Under the pieces are notes generated by a model. It worked only from the letters and a program-made list of their open reading frames with translations, was not told the DNA's origin and made no database searches. Made by a program: the position numbers and the translations under genes. Below, in pieces: positions 13,785 through 24,056 of a stretch of DNA of 64,000 nucleotides. The number at the start of each line of letters is the position of its first letter. The stretch's first letter is position 1. This DNA comes from a virus (Duplodnaviria; Caudoviricetes). Location: IMG/VR virus record IMGVR_UViG_3300045580_000473, positions 32,001 to 96,000 of that record; one strand, given 5' to 3'.

Positions 13785-14813
13785 CTATGCGTTTTCTTGC
13801 ACCACGGCCGGTCGGGTGCTGGACGGGGCCCAGTTATTCGGTGTTAACACCGTGCCGCTGTAATCGTCCGGCAGGTCATAGGCAGTTTCCATTGGGAACA
13901 ACTGCACTGCTGAAAGCCGGCTGATTCGCAGCGGGTTCGTCGGATTCTTGGCGGCAAGCAACAGGTCGTTGAATGACGCCTCCCAGCGGTACTTTGCCGG
14001 AAGCTCAGACCGCATGGCCAGCACGACAGCCTCGGGGGCGTACAACGTGGCTTCGTCACGCGGCAGCTTTACCGAGAAATAAGGCTTGCGAAACAGCAAC
14101 GCCTCTACCGCCGTCGCCCACTCCACGTCGAAATCCGGCACAGCCGCCTTAAACTCGACAACCATGTCTTCGAGTTCTGGCTGGCTGACGCCGAGCGGAT
14201 ACTCAATTCCGCGACGGGACAGAACCTTATCCGCAGGATTGGGCAATCGCACATCCACAGCCTCGATGAACTTGGCGGGATTGTCGACTTCAAAACCCAG
14301 CACCGAAGAATAGTCTTCGGCTACGATCCGACCGTTCTCGCGAATTGCGGTCGGGAAGCGGATCGGCTGCAGTTCTTCGTGCATACCGAAAGAAGCCCGA
14401 CGACCGTAGGCAGCGACTGCAGCAAGCAGTTCGTTTGCACGGCGAGCGAGCACGATGTTGTTCGCGGGAAGCGTCTTGCCGCCACCGCGAGGAGCGTATA
14501 CCAGCGAGATGTCGTAACTGAAGATGACCGAGTAGGCCAGCTTTCCGTTACGCGGGCGGCTGATGGCACCCGTGAAAGTCAGACTGTCTTCCTTCACTTC
14601 GAGCGTCAGCAGGGGCGGGCGTCGAAGCTTTCCAAGGGGCTTGATCGGGTTGTCAAACGTCTGGTCGATACCGGGGAGATAGAGACCGGCGGAAACACCA
14701 GTCAGATAGTGCGAAACATCATCGAACCGCTTTAGCAGTCGACGCTGTTGAGCGATAATAGAAGCGACTTTTTCGCTTACCTGCGAGTCAAGTTGTTCTG
14801 CTGCTATGGTCAT
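13785..14813 (-). CDS. Hypothetical protein
   Basis: 342 aa, AAGGA RBS. Confidence 0.75.
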   Translation of the reverse strand: MTIAAEQLDSQVSEKVASIIAQQRRLLKRFDDVSHYLTGVSAGLYLPGIDQTFDNPIKPLGKLRRPPLLTLEVKEDSLTFTGAISRPRNGKLAYSVIFSYDISLVYAPRGGGKTLPANNIVLARRANELLAAVAAYGRRASFGMHEELQPIRFPTAIRENGRIVAEDYSSVLGFEVDNPAKFIEAVDVRLPNPADKVLSRRGIEYPLGVSQPELEDMVVEFKAAVPDFDVEWATAVEALLFRKPYFSVKLPRDEATLYAPEAVVLAMRSELPAKYRWEASFNDLLLAAKNPTNPLRISRLSAVQLFPMETAYDLPDDYSGTVLTPNNWAPSSTRPAVVQENA

Positions 14814-14830
14814 TTGAATTGTGTCCTTAG

Positions 14831-15016
14831 TTACAGGCTACGAACGATGTCTTTACGCTTTACGTTCGCGTCGTAATACAGATTCGACTTTCCTGTTTCC
14901 CACTCTGTAGCTGTGACCACAAGTGGCGGTTTTGAATAGAACACCAAAAGAATCTTGTCATCGCCAATCTTTCGCTGCCGCTTGACCGCGGACCCACGAA
15001 ATGTAACAACACGCAT
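14831..15016 (-). CDS. Hypothetical protein
   Basis: 61 aa, AAAGGG RBS. Confidence 0.55.
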   Translation of the reverse strand: MRVVTFRGSAVKRQRKIGDDKILLVFYSKPPLVVTATEWETGKSNLYYDANVKRKDIVRSL

Positions 15017-15085
15017 ATGATCCCTTTCTTTACCCGCGAGAGAACACAGCGGGCGTACTAAATATGCCGCGTTATTGCGAATAGT

Positions 15086-15502
15086 TTAGCTGTCGGGATC
15101 AGGCAGGGCGTTGTCGAATATGTTGATGGCGGCACCCTCGTCGTCATCAGAAAAGAACTCGTCTGACGCCGGCGTCGGGCGGCCAACGCTTGGCACGGCA
15201 AGCTGGGGCGGGTCTTCAAGGTGCGTGGGATCAAGACCCAGATATCCTGTGTCGTCCGGCTCAATAACCGGGTCGGTGTCGAACAGCGGGATGTTTCCGG
15301 CGGCTGTAATCAGATACCGCATCGGCGGTTTTGAGACGTGCAGCCGCGTGCCGTTGAAACACGCCACGGATACGTCGTGGTTGATGAGTTCTTTCAAACG
15401 GTCGGCAAGCTGCTGGGCCGTCTCGAACGCCTCGGTGACGAGGCTACCGTCAGACTGAAGAATGACAGCATAAAACGCATTTGCGGCTTTTTCTTCGCTC
15501 AT
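15086..15502 (-). CDS. Hypothetical acidic protein
   Basis: Operon-packed, 138 aa. Confidence 0.7.
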   Translation of the reverse strand: MSEEKAANAFYAVILQSDGSLVTEAFETAQQLADRLKELINHDVSVACFNGTRLHVSKPPMRYLITAAGNIPLFDTDPVIEPDDTGYLGLDPTHLEDPPQLAVPSVGRPTPASDEFFSDDDEGAAINIFDNALPDPDS

Positions 15503-15503
15503 G

Positions 15504-16148
15504 TTAATCCCGCATGTCGAGAGGATCGTTTTCTGTGAACGGGCTCAGAATACCGTTTTGCTGTAAAAACCCAAGAGCGGCTGCGGGAGACGGTACGGGT
15601 ATTTGTCGAACACCGGGCGGGCCTTTCAGTCGCCTCTCTAACATCGTAATGAATTTGTTGGAGATCACGCCAAATACTTTTACGGCCAACAATTCATTAA
15701 ACCACGATGTGGGATCAGGTATTGCCAAGTCGTAGGCAAATACGCTGGCAAAGAAACCGGTCTTGGGCTCCGAAAAAGCGATGCCCGACAAAAACGCGAA
15801 ACACTCTTCTTCGCGGTCTTTATCAATTCCGTATATGCGTTTATCCCAATTGACGGGGAGCGGGTATCCCGGAAGCTTGTGCACGCCAAGGCCGGCAAAG
15901 AAAAATTCATCTGTATCCGCCTTAAGGTCGATACAGAACGGCCGGCTGTCGGACGACTCGGCTGGGAACCGGGCGTCAAACTCCGTTACCGGGTCGCGGT
16001 CAAAGCCGCCGTGCGTTAAAAGCAACGCCGGCGTAAACAGAGAGATTTTCTTTTCAAAGCCCCGCAGTACGTCAGCACAGGACCGGGTCGTAATCCGATC
16101 CGCGTTCGTTACGGCGTCTAATTCCCTGAACGAGCCCGGCGTGCTCAT
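15504..16148 (-). CDS. Hypothetical protein
   Basis: Operon-packed, 214 aa. Confidence 0.7.
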   Translation of the reverse strand: MSTPGSFRELDAVTNADRITTRSCADVLRGFEKKISLFTPALLLTHGGFDRDPVTEFDARFPAESSDSRPFCIDLKADTDEFFFAGLGVHKLPGYPLPVNWDKRIYGIDKDREEECFAFLSGIAFSEPKTGFFASVFAYDLAIPDPTSWFNELLAVKVFGVISNKFITMLERRLKGPPGVRQIPVPSPAAALGFLQQNGILSPFTENDPLDMRD

Positions 16149-16151
16149 ACG

Positions 16152-16790
16152 TCACTTCTTCTGTTGGGGCATCCCGGCGTGAATACGTTGGATCAGCATC
16201 AGCAGCACGAACGCCGCGTCGACCACGTTGTCGATACCAGTCGACTTGTACTTCGCGGAATCGAACGCGGCTCCCAACGACTTGTTGGCGGCAATAATCA
16301 TGTCTTCTTTGCTGGCCTTCCCGTTCCCCGTCGCGAACTTTTTAATTGTAGCGATCGCGTAGCCGTTGGAGACAATGTTGTTCTCTTCAGCCCACGTTGC
16401 CGCGGTGACCTTCATGCCGCCGAGAACTTCTGAGGCCGTAGCGACGCGGGAAAGAACTGCCGGGATACCGAACTTCTTGTTCATGAAGAATTCTTTGGGC
16501 GGGGAGTACTTGACGTCCTCCCAGCCGATCACGTGCGGAGCCGTGACATTTAAAAACGCCCGCAGCCGCACAAAGCGGGCGGCACCAGACTCCAACCCCT
16601 GCGTCGACAGGTCCCACTGAAAAAGCTGCAGCCGGTCTTGCAACAGCTTTTTACCCGGAAGCAGGTCGTAGATTGCGACTCCGCAATTGCTACCTAAATC
16701 GAGACCCAAGAATCGCGTCGCCTCGGGCGGGCAGGCACCCACCTTGGATTCAAACGCGTCCGGGTCTTTGTACATCCTATACTTGGGCAT
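16152..16790 (-). CDS. RuvC-like Holliday junction resolvase
   Basis: FLGLDLG, IGWEDV, IKKFATGNGKASKEDM, DNVVDA catalytic pattern. Confidence 0.85.
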   Translation of the reverse strand: MPKYRMYKDPDAFESKVGACPPEATRFLGLDLGSNCGVAIYDLLPGKKLLQDRLQLFQWDLSTQGLESGAARFVRLRAFLNVTAPHVIGWEDVKYSPPKEFFMNKKFGIPAVLSRVATASEVLGGMKVTAATWAEENNIVSNGYAIATIKKFATGNGKASKEDMIIAANKSLGAAFDSAKYKSTGIDNVVDAAFVLLMLIQRIHAGMPQQKK

Positions 16791-17434
16791 TACTTGTTCC
16801 TTCCAAAAAGACGAGCGAAGAAACCACGCGGTTTAGATTTCAGTTGGTCTAACTCCATCTGCAAACGAAGCACTTCGCTCGTCTTTCGTTTATATGCGTC
16901 TAGCAGGTCACGCTCGCGGCCACGGAGTGTGTCGTTCTCCATGCGGAGATGCTCTGCCATAAAATTGGCGTCGTAGGTTGAGGACTTATTCTTATTCGCA
17001 AAATCCCGTACGGTCGCCACGAAGCGAGCCATATCGGTCTGGGCGGGCGACTCTTGTCCGACGACAGAGACTTCCCGCACAGCAGAAAACCACGCGGCAC
17101 AGAACACCTCGCCTATTGCCGCCCAGAGGTATTGCCGCACGCAGTAGCGAACGTCAAAGAAATTATGGCGGTTTAACGCGGCGTCCAAACTGTTCACCGG
17201 GTCGGCCGCGTTTACGAAATCGCGTTGGGCCGCGGCCAGAGCCTCGGCAACGCCGACGATCTCCTGCTCCGTGATGTTCTGCTCCGCCCGCCAGCGAGAG
17301 CGGTCGATGTCGTCATTGGCGTCGAGCTTTTCGATCGCCTGCCGCATCAACGTCGGCGTGATATAGGCGTAGTCACGCTCAGGGTTATACAGAGGGCCGG
17401 AGTCTCCTTTCCGGCGATAACCGATATCAGCCAT
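16790..17434 (-). CDS. Hypothetical protein with C-terminal coiled coil
   Basis: GGAGG RBS; ends RGFFARLFG. Confidence 0.7.
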   Translation of the reverse strand: MADIGYRRKGDSGPLYNPERDYAYITPTLMRQAIEKLDANDDIDRSRWRAEQNITEQEIVGVAEALAAAQRDFVNAADPVNSLDAALNRHNFFDVRYCVRQYLWAAIGEVFCAAWFSAVREVSVVGQESPAQTDMARFVATVRDFANKNKSSTYDANFMAEHLRMENDTLRGRERDLLDAYKRKTSEVLRLQMELDQLKSKPRGFFARLFGRNK

Positions 17435-17451
17435 AGTTTCCTCCTTGAAAC

Positions 17452-18297
17452 TCAGTTAATTGTATAGCGATTCACCCTGCAGCAGTTAACGCACATGACC
17501 CCGGGACTTTCGGGATCGAAGAAAGCCACCGTGTCACAGTTGTGGCAGTGAGACTCGACGTACGTCTTGGCGTGCACCGCAAACGGACATTCGTTGTACC
17601 CGACAAAGCAATTTGTGCAAGCGTGCTGGAACCCCTCGGGGCACGGTGCCGTACGACACCGGACAGCCAGCAGGCCTTTGTTGTGCTTGAGCATGCTGCT
17701 CGTCACGCTAACCTGCCTAAAGTACGGCTTCTCGCGGCTGCGTTCGGCCTCAATATGAGCGAAGAACATCAGATTTACAAAATGCATCCCGATGCCCGCG
17801 TACTGGTACGGACCCCACGAATTTGTCGAAAACCCGACCAACCGAGAAATAGCCCGGCAACTGTTTGTTGAAAAGAACTGCGGGAAAAGCTCCGTGCACG
17901 GGCTTCCAGCCAACGCACGGCAGGAGAAAATAAAACCAGATTTATCCCGCCGCTTGGCCGGAATCACACGCTCTACGCAGACTGGCACTATCTCGTCATA
18001 TAACTGACGCGTCCAAGGCAACACAGGCTCGCCGTCAACGAGCTTGTCCAGATTGCCGGCTAAACGCCACGCCAGCATCGCCGCAGCCTTGTGAGACAGC
18101 GTCGTGCCGGCCAGCACACGAATCGACTCGAACACGGCGTTACGGGAGACTACGGGCGGCAGAGCCGACAGCAGCCTGTCCGCAACTTCATAAATAATGT
18201 TACCAGTGACGGGCTGGTCTCTAAATGCGTCGAGCACAGTCATCAACTGTGCTCGGCGACGAAGAATCTGAGTTCGGCTAAATTTCTTTGCCGTCAT
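17452..18297 (-). CDS. Hypothetical protein with Cys-rich (Zn-binding) C-terminus
   Basis: CP..CTNC..CP, CHNC and CVNC motifs. Confidence 0.7.
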   Translation of the reverse strand: MTAKKFSRTQILRRRAQLMTVLDAFRDQPVTGNIIYEVADRLLSALPPVVSRNAVFESIRVLAGTTLSHKAAAMLAWRLAGNLDKLVDGEPVLPWTRQLYDEIVPVCVERVIPAKRRDKSGFIFSCRALAGSPCTELFPQFFSTNSCRAISRLVGFSTNSWGPYQYAGIGMHFVNLMFFAHIEAERSREKPYFRQVSVTSSMLKHNKGLLAVRCRTAPCPEGFQHACTNCFVGYNECPFAVHAKTYVESHCHNCDTVAFFDPESPGVMCVNCCRVNRYTIN

Positions 18298-18992
18298 GAC
18301 GCCTCTAGTGTCACAGGTTTATCGTCGTTTTGATTTTCGGCGGAGCCGACAGTGACGTCGGCCGCCGCGTTGGCCCGGACAATCTTCTTGTCCTTGTTGT
18401 TGTTCTCCCACTCTTTCAGAGCCGAAGAACACCGCTCGCCGGTCTTGTGAGCCAAGTCCTCAAGCTGCTTCGACTGCTCAGAGAGGGCCAGAATGATGCT
18501 GCCGAACTCCGTGGACATGAGCCCAGTCAGGTCGCCCACAGAGGACACCGAGAAAATCTCGGCGGTATTTTCTTCCTCTTTGCCGTCCTTCAACAGCGAA
18601 AAGTTAATCACAATGTTTTTGAGGCGAACATGGTCGGGCAGCGGTGTGTCCAACTGCCGGCCGTGAAGCTCAACGGCAAGCTTCTTCAGCTTATCGAAGC
18701 GGGCGTACAGCTTCTCCATCTCTTCTGAAATAGCCCGCATGTACACAGACGGGTTGATCCGTTCAACGGGAGCGTCCGTCTGCACGCCGGCTGCGGCAGC
18801 GGCGTTTGTAGCACCCGAGACGCCGGGCAAAAATTGCTGCTGCTTTCCTACCAGCCCCTGCAACACCTTCTGCATCTGCGAGGCGTCGATTTTAACTGGC
18901 ACGCTCTGCATGCCGTTCGCCGCGGGGGCGGTTTGCGATCCACTTGTCACGGGCTCAGAAACAGCATCCACAATTTGCGTTACGCTCGCCAT
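18294..18992 (-). CDS. Hypothetical coiled-coil protein
   Basis: AAAGGAG RBS before ATG 18992. Confidence 0.7.
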   Translation of the reverse strand: MASVTQIVDAVSEPVTSGSQTAPAANGMQSVPVKIDASQMQKVLQGLVGKQQQFLPGVSGATNAAAAAGVQTDAPVERINPSVYMRAISEEMEKLYARFDKLKKLAVELHGRQLDTPLPDHVRLKNIVINFSLLKDGKEEENTAEIFSVSSVGDLTGLMSTEFGSIILALSEQSKQLEDLAHKTGERCSSALKEWENNNKDKKIVRANAAADVTVGSAENQNDDKPVTLEAS

Positions 18993-18993
18993 G

Positions 18994-19407
18994 CTACACT
19001 CCTTTGTCGATAACGGCTGCCATGCCAACCCAGTACCGCAGGCCGATGCTAGTATTTATATCGTCGTCGTAAAGGAGGTCAACAGGACTTCCCGTTACAA
19101 CGTGAAACTTTTTAACACGCCCCGGTAAATATCCGGCACAGGATAAACCCAGTTGCAGCATGTACGCAAGGGCTAGGTCTGCCTCCGGGCTCAAGTCGTA
19201 TCGGAACAGCGGTATTCTGACATACTGATCCTGTTTGGCTGAAAACCACACGGGCGGGCGGCCGGGCACGATCGGCTCGTCAACGATCCACCAGTCTTCG
19301 GGGTGCACAGAGGGTTGTTTCAGCACCAATGCCGGTTTAAACGGCATACCGGTCGGCCAGTTTTCTGCCGTTTTACCGACGTCAAGCTGAGAGACTTTAA
19401 GTTCCAT
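18994..19407 (-). CDS. Hypothetical protein
   Basis: Operon-packed, 137 aa. Confidence 0.65.
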   Translation of the reverse strand: MELKVSQLDVGKTAENWPTGMPFKPALVLKQPSVHPEDWWIVDEPIVPGRPPVWFSAKQDQYVRIPLFRYDLSPEADLALAYMLQLGLSCAGYLPGRVKKFHVVTGSPVDLLYDDDINTSIGLRYWVGMAAVIDKGV

Positions 19408-19434
19408 ACGTGCTCACGTAATTAACGGTCTTGT

Positions 19435-19983
19435 TTAAAGCTTAACGCTCTTCAGCGTGCTCTTGGCCACAGCTACCGGCATGACGACCGGACTGACCCG
19501 TGACCGCGACAGAATCGTAAACGCTGCCTCGACGTCAGCCATGTTGGGCTTCTGGTCCTGCTGCATTTGCGATATGACGTTATCTACGAGTTCCATAAAC
19601 TTGTCCCGCAGCTTGGACGAGTGAAACGAGAACCGGACCGAGAACTGCGTCACGGTCTTACCCGCGTGCTCCGCGGCAACCTCTCGCTTTTCCCACGACT
19701 TCTTCTTGTCGTCGCGGGTATACACAAACGTGATCCGCCCGAGATTGTCGTACACCAGCAACGCTACCGATTCTTCTGGGTTTGTGGTCAACGAAAACAC
19801 GTGGGGCAGCTTTGTGGACGGAATAAACGGCAGCTTCTCTGCTACGTCTGAATCCAACGCCACACGAAATAACTGCACAGGAAACGATCGCTGCTTTTTT
19901 GGCGGCTCGGAAATAGCGAACTCCGCCTCAATTGCCCCGACACCGGGTTCCACTACCACAGGCACATTACGCACCAAAAACAT
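19435..19983 (-). CDS. Hypothetical protein
   Basis: GAGG RBS, 182 aa. Confidence 0.7.
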   Translation of the reverse strand: MFLVRNVPVVVEPGVGAIEAEFAISEPPKKQRSFPVQLFRVALDSDVAEKLPFIPSTKLPHVFSLTTNPEESVALLVYDNLGRITFVYTRDDKKKSWEKREVAAEHAGKTVTQFSVRFSFHSSKLRDKFMELVDNVISQMQQDQKPNMADVEAAFTILSRSRVSPVVMPVAVAKSTLKSVKL

Positions 19984-19992
19984 AAAAACCTC

Positions 19993-20877
19993 TTATCGAG
20001 TGATGTCGGACTTTTTCTTTGTTACAGCCGGCTGCTCGTCTTCTTCCTCTTCGTCTCCAGCCTCGTCGATCTTTTCCAGCATCTCGTTGATCTTGCGGCA
20101 CATCGCTACATGATCGGCAACAAGGTCGCCCAGCTTGTCGAAGTTCTCGGTCACCTCCGCCAGAAAACTGCGGGTGGTAGCGTCAAACCGCTCAGGAGCC
20201 GCGTTAGCAATGTCGTCATAAATGTTGTCAGAATCTTCGCTGAGCCAGAGCTTTTCTGACCGGGCAATAAACCGCCGCTGGTGTGTCAGCAGGTCCATAA
20301 TCTGCTGCTTAAGGCCCTTGGGAGCCCTGTGCGTCCGGCCGCTGTTCTTCTGCTTGCCCCGCAGTTCCTGCAGTTCAAGAGCCAGATTGCGGGCGGTATA
20401 AGCCTCCTCAGCACACTTGGTCTCCAGCGTAGCCCGCTGCTCGTCGTCAGCCACCTGAGACAGAAGCTGCACGTGCGACACGGTCAGCCGCCACCGCGGG
20501 CGGTCGGGGTGCGGGCAGCGGAGCGAGAGCAGGCGGGTGATCTCTGCCTCGCTGGGATACCGCTCAAAGAAGTTCACAGCCCCGCGAAGCTGATCGGCCG
20601 TGTAAATTGGGGCGAAGATCGCGAAGATCAACGAGGCCCCGTCTACGTGCGACGAAATCTGCTCCGGCGTCAGATACGTCGCCGGGTTGTTCTTTACGTC
20701 CACGATCAACTGCCCAACCTGCCAGAACGCCGTCAGGCTGGACGTCTGGACGTCAGAGAAAATCTGATCAATTTGCGAGACAACGCCCTGCATTTCTTCA
20801 GTCAGGGCGTGCTCGTTCAGGCCGGCCGCCAGAGCGTCGGCGTTGGCTGTCATAGCCTGTGTCGATTCCTTAGCCAT
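19993..20877 (-). CDS. DUF1016/YhcG N-terminal-like DNA-binding protein
   Basis: FWQVGQLI and LTVSHVQLLSQV.DDEQR..YTARNL resemble YW.IG..I and LSWSHY..L..R..WS.R.L. Confidence 0.5.
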   Translation of the reverse strand: MAKESTQAMTANADALAAGLNEHALTEEMQGVVSQIDQIFSDVQTSSLTAFWQVGQLIVDVKNNPATYLTPEQISSHVDGASLIFAIFAPIYTADQLRGAVNFFERYPSEAEITRLLSLRCPHPDRPRWRLTVSHVQLLSQVADDEQRATLETKCAEEAYTARNLALELQELRGKQKNSGRTHRAPKGLKQQIMDLLTHQRRFIARSEKLWLSEDSDNIYDDIANAAPERFDATTRSFLAEVTENFDKLGDLVADHVAMCRKINEMLEKIDEAGDEEEEDEQPAVTKKKSDITR

Positions 20878-20892
20878 AAATTCCTCCGTAAA

Positions 20893-20997
20893 TCAGACAG
20901 GGACCGCCTGCCAGTAAAGTAAAAACCAAGTCAAAATTGCGGGCAGTATCACGCCCAACACAGACAACACGAATAACACCTTCTCCAGCGTGCTCAT
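20893..20997 (-). CDS. Small single-TM peptide (34 aa)
   Basis: AAGGAG RBS; MSTLEKVLFVLSVLGVILPAILTWFLLYWQAVPV; fills the gap exactly. Not in the ORF track. Confidence 0.6.
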   Translation of the reverse strand: MSTLEKVLFVLSVLGVILPAILTWFLLYWQAVPV

Positions 20998-20998
20998 G

Positions 20999-22144
20999 TC
21001 ACCGCTCCTTCTTGGGCAGCAAAATCTCCATTGCTGCACTCTGCAATAGGTCACGTGTCGTGTGATACTGATTCCTCGAATACCGAAGCATGGAACAAAA
21101 CAGGTCGTATACCGTGCGGGAGTCCAGCACCTCGCGACTGTAGAGGTCCATCGGATTTCGGGGGTCTAAATCAGCCCCAGCAGAAATCGCGTTTTTACAA
21201 ATATGCCGAGCGTCTTCCCGGGAAATTTTGAACCGCCCAAGAGATTCCACCCATTTATCAATTGCTGCGTCGCGAGCTTTGGCCCCTTCAGGGATATTCA
21301 GCTTTGTAGTCGTAATACGACTGACGTTGTGAGCGATCGCGTCCATGTCGATAGTTTTTTCAGCGAGCTTGCCGATCATGATTGCGGCCCGGCCCATCAA
21401 ATCGGCTCCGGTATGCCGCACAGACGACCCGCGGTGCTTGGGCTCGATGGCCGCCCCGAACTTCGTCATAACGCACAACGAAGCCCGCAAGGCAAGGCCG
21501 GCGTCTTCCCGGTTTGAGAAATACCAGCCGCCGGCAAACGTGTGTCTCGGGTCGTGGTACAGATTGTTGCGACGCGATTTCGTGTCGATGAAATACAGCC
21601 GCAGTTCTCGACCAATAAGCTCACCGCGGTAAAACGACGAGTCCGGCTGGCTGGATTCAAGCTCTTCTGCCGCAAGGTTAAAAAACACGGAGTTATCGAG
21701 CATCCTGTGCTCTAACCCGAGAAAGCCCTCAATCGTCTTTTCGCGGTGGTTGACCAGTAGCGTCCGCTCCCGCAGATTCTCAAACCGGGCTTTGAGCAGC
21801 ACGTTATAGACGCTGACAGCAATTGCCAGATCGCCTGTGGAGAGACTGGTCTTGAACGAATGCCGGGACTCGCCGGTCAATTCGTTGAACACCGGATTAA
21901 GCCCGCTGATCAACGCGTTTGACACGGCGGAAAACCCGATCGCATTAAACCGGTAACCGGTCTCGGCGATGCGGCCGTCCGCGGCCATGAAAAGCTGGGC
22001 CTCGTCAACAACCGGGATGCACTCGGTATCGGCGTTTCGCTGGGCCAAGAATTGCTTGCAGTCGTCACGCTGGTTTGAGTTGAACGATAACGCCACCACG
22101 GGGGCGAATACGCTCCTCAGTCGTGAGGCGGTCGGACGGGCCAC
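20999..22144 (-). CDS. DUF932-like protein
   Basis: FSNREDAGLALRA and SVRHTG resemble DUF932 motifs. Confidence 0.45.
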   Translation of the reverse strand: MARPTASRLRSVFAPVVALSFNSNQRDDCKQFLAQRNADTECIPVVDEAQLFMAADGRIAETGYRFNAIGFSAVSNALISGLNPVFNELTGESRHSFKTSLSTGDLAIAVSVYNVLLKARFENLRERTLLVNHREKTIEGFLGLEHRMLDNSVFFNLAAEELESSQPDSSFYRGELIGRELRLYFIDTKSRRNNLYHDPRHTFAGGWYFSNREDAGLALRASLCVMTKFGAAIEPKHRGSSVRHTGADLMGRAAIMIGKLAEKTIDMDAIAHNVSRITTTKLNIPEGAKARDAAIDKWVESLGRFKISREDARHICKNAISAGADLDPRNPMDLYSREVLDSRTVYDLFCSMLRYSRNQYHTTRDLLQSAAMEILLPKKER

Positions 22145-22153
22145 GACGTTCTC

Positions 22154-22732
22154 CTACCCCTCGAACCACTCGTTGCCAACGGCCCGCAGCAGCATCGTGG
22201 ACGGTTCGACGATTAACGGCGATGAGCCGTTTTCGAACCGCCACTGGACCCGCGGAGAATCCTCGGATACCGGTGCCGGCAGGTCGAGATTATGTGCACA
22301 AAACCGTTTTCGCACAATAGTGAAAACGAAAATAAACGGTTTGTCGTCATCAACCTCAGTTTCATGCAAGGCTTTCGAAATCGCCCGCACCAGCCGGTTG
22401 TGCTTCGTCGCCATCAGTTCCGAGATCAGTAGCTGATACAAAAACTTCTTGTGTTTTCCGCCGGCCTCGTCGCGGTCATAGCCGCAGAACGATATCGACT
22501 TGCCGCAGAGAACCGCCGGGAATCGCGGGAACGTGGAATTAAACCACGAGAAACTAAACTCCGGCTGCCCGGTTTCTGCTTTGCAAAGGTTCACCAGCTT
22601 TCCCATGCTGGGTACGCGGACGCCGCATTCAGAAATCACCCGCTTTACAACCCGGTCTTCGTACGACAACTGCCGGTGGAAATTGTCGTCATTAAATATC
22701 TCGCCAAAGAACTTGTCGCGAAAGTCGCTCAT
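22154..22732 (-). CDS. Hypothetical protein
   Basis: Overlapping start/stop with the upstream gene. Confidence 0.7.
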   Translation of the reverse strand: MSDFRDKFFGEIFNDDNFHRQLSYEDRVVKRVISECGVRVPSMGKLVNLCKAETGQPEFSFSWFNSTFPRFPAVLCGKSISFCGYDRDEAGGKHKKFLYQLLISELMATKHNRLVRAISKALHETEVDDDKPFIFVFTIVRKRFCAHNLDLPAPVSEDSPRVQWRFENGSSPLIVEPSTMLLRAVGNEWFEG

Positions 22733-23052
22733 CGGTCGCTGGTGCCTCGCTCGCGGGCAACAATGGCGTTCTCCAAAGCGTTGATAGCCGCCGTGAGTTC
22801 GGGCATACGCTCGTCTTCGTCGAATATGCCGTCACCGCGGGTATCAGACTCGTACACAGTCTCGCCGCCGCAGTTGTCGATGTCGGCACGGAAATAGCCG
22901 TGGCGGAGCCGGAGATATCCCACCTGTTTCTTCGTGACCTCGTCGAATACGTCGTACTGCTCGGGGCAGGCCATGCTCGTGAGAACAAGCCGATACCGCC
23001 CGATGACGATGTCGCTGTCGGACGGGCTGTAACCGCCGTAATCTGTTTCCAT
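22729..23052 (-). CDS. Hypothetical phage protein
   Basis: ACPEQYDVF..QVGYLRLRHG motif. Confidence 0.7.
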   Translation of the reverse strand: METDYGGYSPSDSDIVIGRYRLVLTSMACPEQYDVFDEVTKKQVGYLRLRHGYFRADIDNCGGETVYESDTRGDGIFDEDERMPELTAAINALENAIVARERGTSDR

Positions 23053-23058
23053 TGCTGT

Positions 23059-23721
23059 CTATCTCTCGTCTTTTCTTTTTGATCGAAATAATTCGTGGGT
23101 CATCGCGTCGACCATCTCCTTCGCACGCGGAGACCAGTCGTGCCGTTCGGCAAGACCCTTTGCCACAAATTCGTTGGCGATGTGCCACGATCCGCGGCAC
23201 GACGGCTTTTTGTCGCAAAAGCTTTTGTGGATTTGAGGCTTAAATCTCGTCACCCACTCTTTCATGGCATCTACGGTAAACACGTAATACTCGGCGTACC
23301 GGTAGGCCAGCAGGAAAGAATTGTGCTCGATGCAACTGTTGATCTTCGACAGCTTGAACGTGCACACGTTCCACGTCTGAAGATTGCCGGCCGGCGTTTT
23401 CACGCTGCCGGTGTCACGAAGTACGTCGCCACCGTGCACGATGTCCACAAGCTCCTCAACACCGCTGTCGTTAAAAACAACTTTGATGTCTGGGTTATCG
23501 TTGGGCAGCTTGCCGACGATTAGCTCGCCGGTGTTGTCCACTCCGTAGTTCTCAATGCGACACGGAAAACCGCGGGATTCAAATTCAGCCTGTATGATCG
23601 GCTGCATAATGACCTCGCGTTTCGTGTAGTCCTTGATGTTGTGGGCGGTTGTTTCAACGCTGCGTGAGTCGCAACGATACGATAAACTCATGGCGGCACT
23701 CCTTGCCGAGGCCCTGTTCAT
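23059..23721 (-). CDS. Hypothetical protein, possibly PD-(D/E)XK-like nuclease
   Basis: GVDNTG..NPDIKV..ELVDI; weak similarity only. Confidence 0.4.
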   Translation of the reverse strand: MNRASARSAAMSLSYRCDSRSVETTAHNIKDYTKREVIMQPIIQAEFESRGFPCRIENYGVDNTGELIVGKLPNDNPDIKVVFNDSGVEELVDIVHGGDVLRDTGSVKTPAGNLQTWNVCTFKLSKINSCIEHNSFLLAYRYAEYYVFTVDAMKEWVTRFKPQIHKSFCDKKPSCRGSWHIANEFVAKGLAERHDWSPRAKEMVDAMTHELFRSKRKDER

Positions 23722-23784
23722 CCTTTAAACAGGTTCGCCACAATATACCAGCGGTATATCGGCGTGTGTCAAATTAAAGTCTGC

Positions 23785-24045
23785 TTAGACCTCTTCTTTG
23801 TCATAGGGCGGAGCCACGATGGGGTAGTCCCAGATTCTCGACCGGTCGGTGCCGCGGTACGAAAAGAACATCACGCCATCCGGGTGATTCGTATCACTTC
23901 GGGTGAGCAACGCGTACCAGTGTTTCACATGCTCGCCGGACGAGAGCTTTTCAGTTTTACTGAAAACGCCGTCTTCGGCGGCAGAGAGCCCAATCCGCTT
24001 ACCATCAAGCGGACCACCGACACATTCGTAGGCCTCCGTGCCCAT
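23785..24045 (-). CDS. Hypothetical protein
   Basis: AGGAGG RBS; GGPLDG motif. Confidence 0.65.
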   Translation of the reverse strand: MGTEAYECVGGPLDGKRIGLSAAEDGVFSKTEKLSSGEHVKHWYALLTRSDTNHPDGVMFFSYRGTDRSRIWDYPIVAPPYDKEEV

Positions 24046-24056
24046 GACGCCTCCTG

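Noticed and set aside
16152-16790. RuvC as a TnpB/Cas12-like effector
   Set aside because: 212 aa stand-alone resolvase pattern, with no Zn finger or REC/WED region and no adjacent ncRNA space.
23742-23772. TTGACA...TATATT promoter on the minus strand
   Set aside because: The spacer is 19 nt; plausible only as an extended -10, so it is not listed as a feature.
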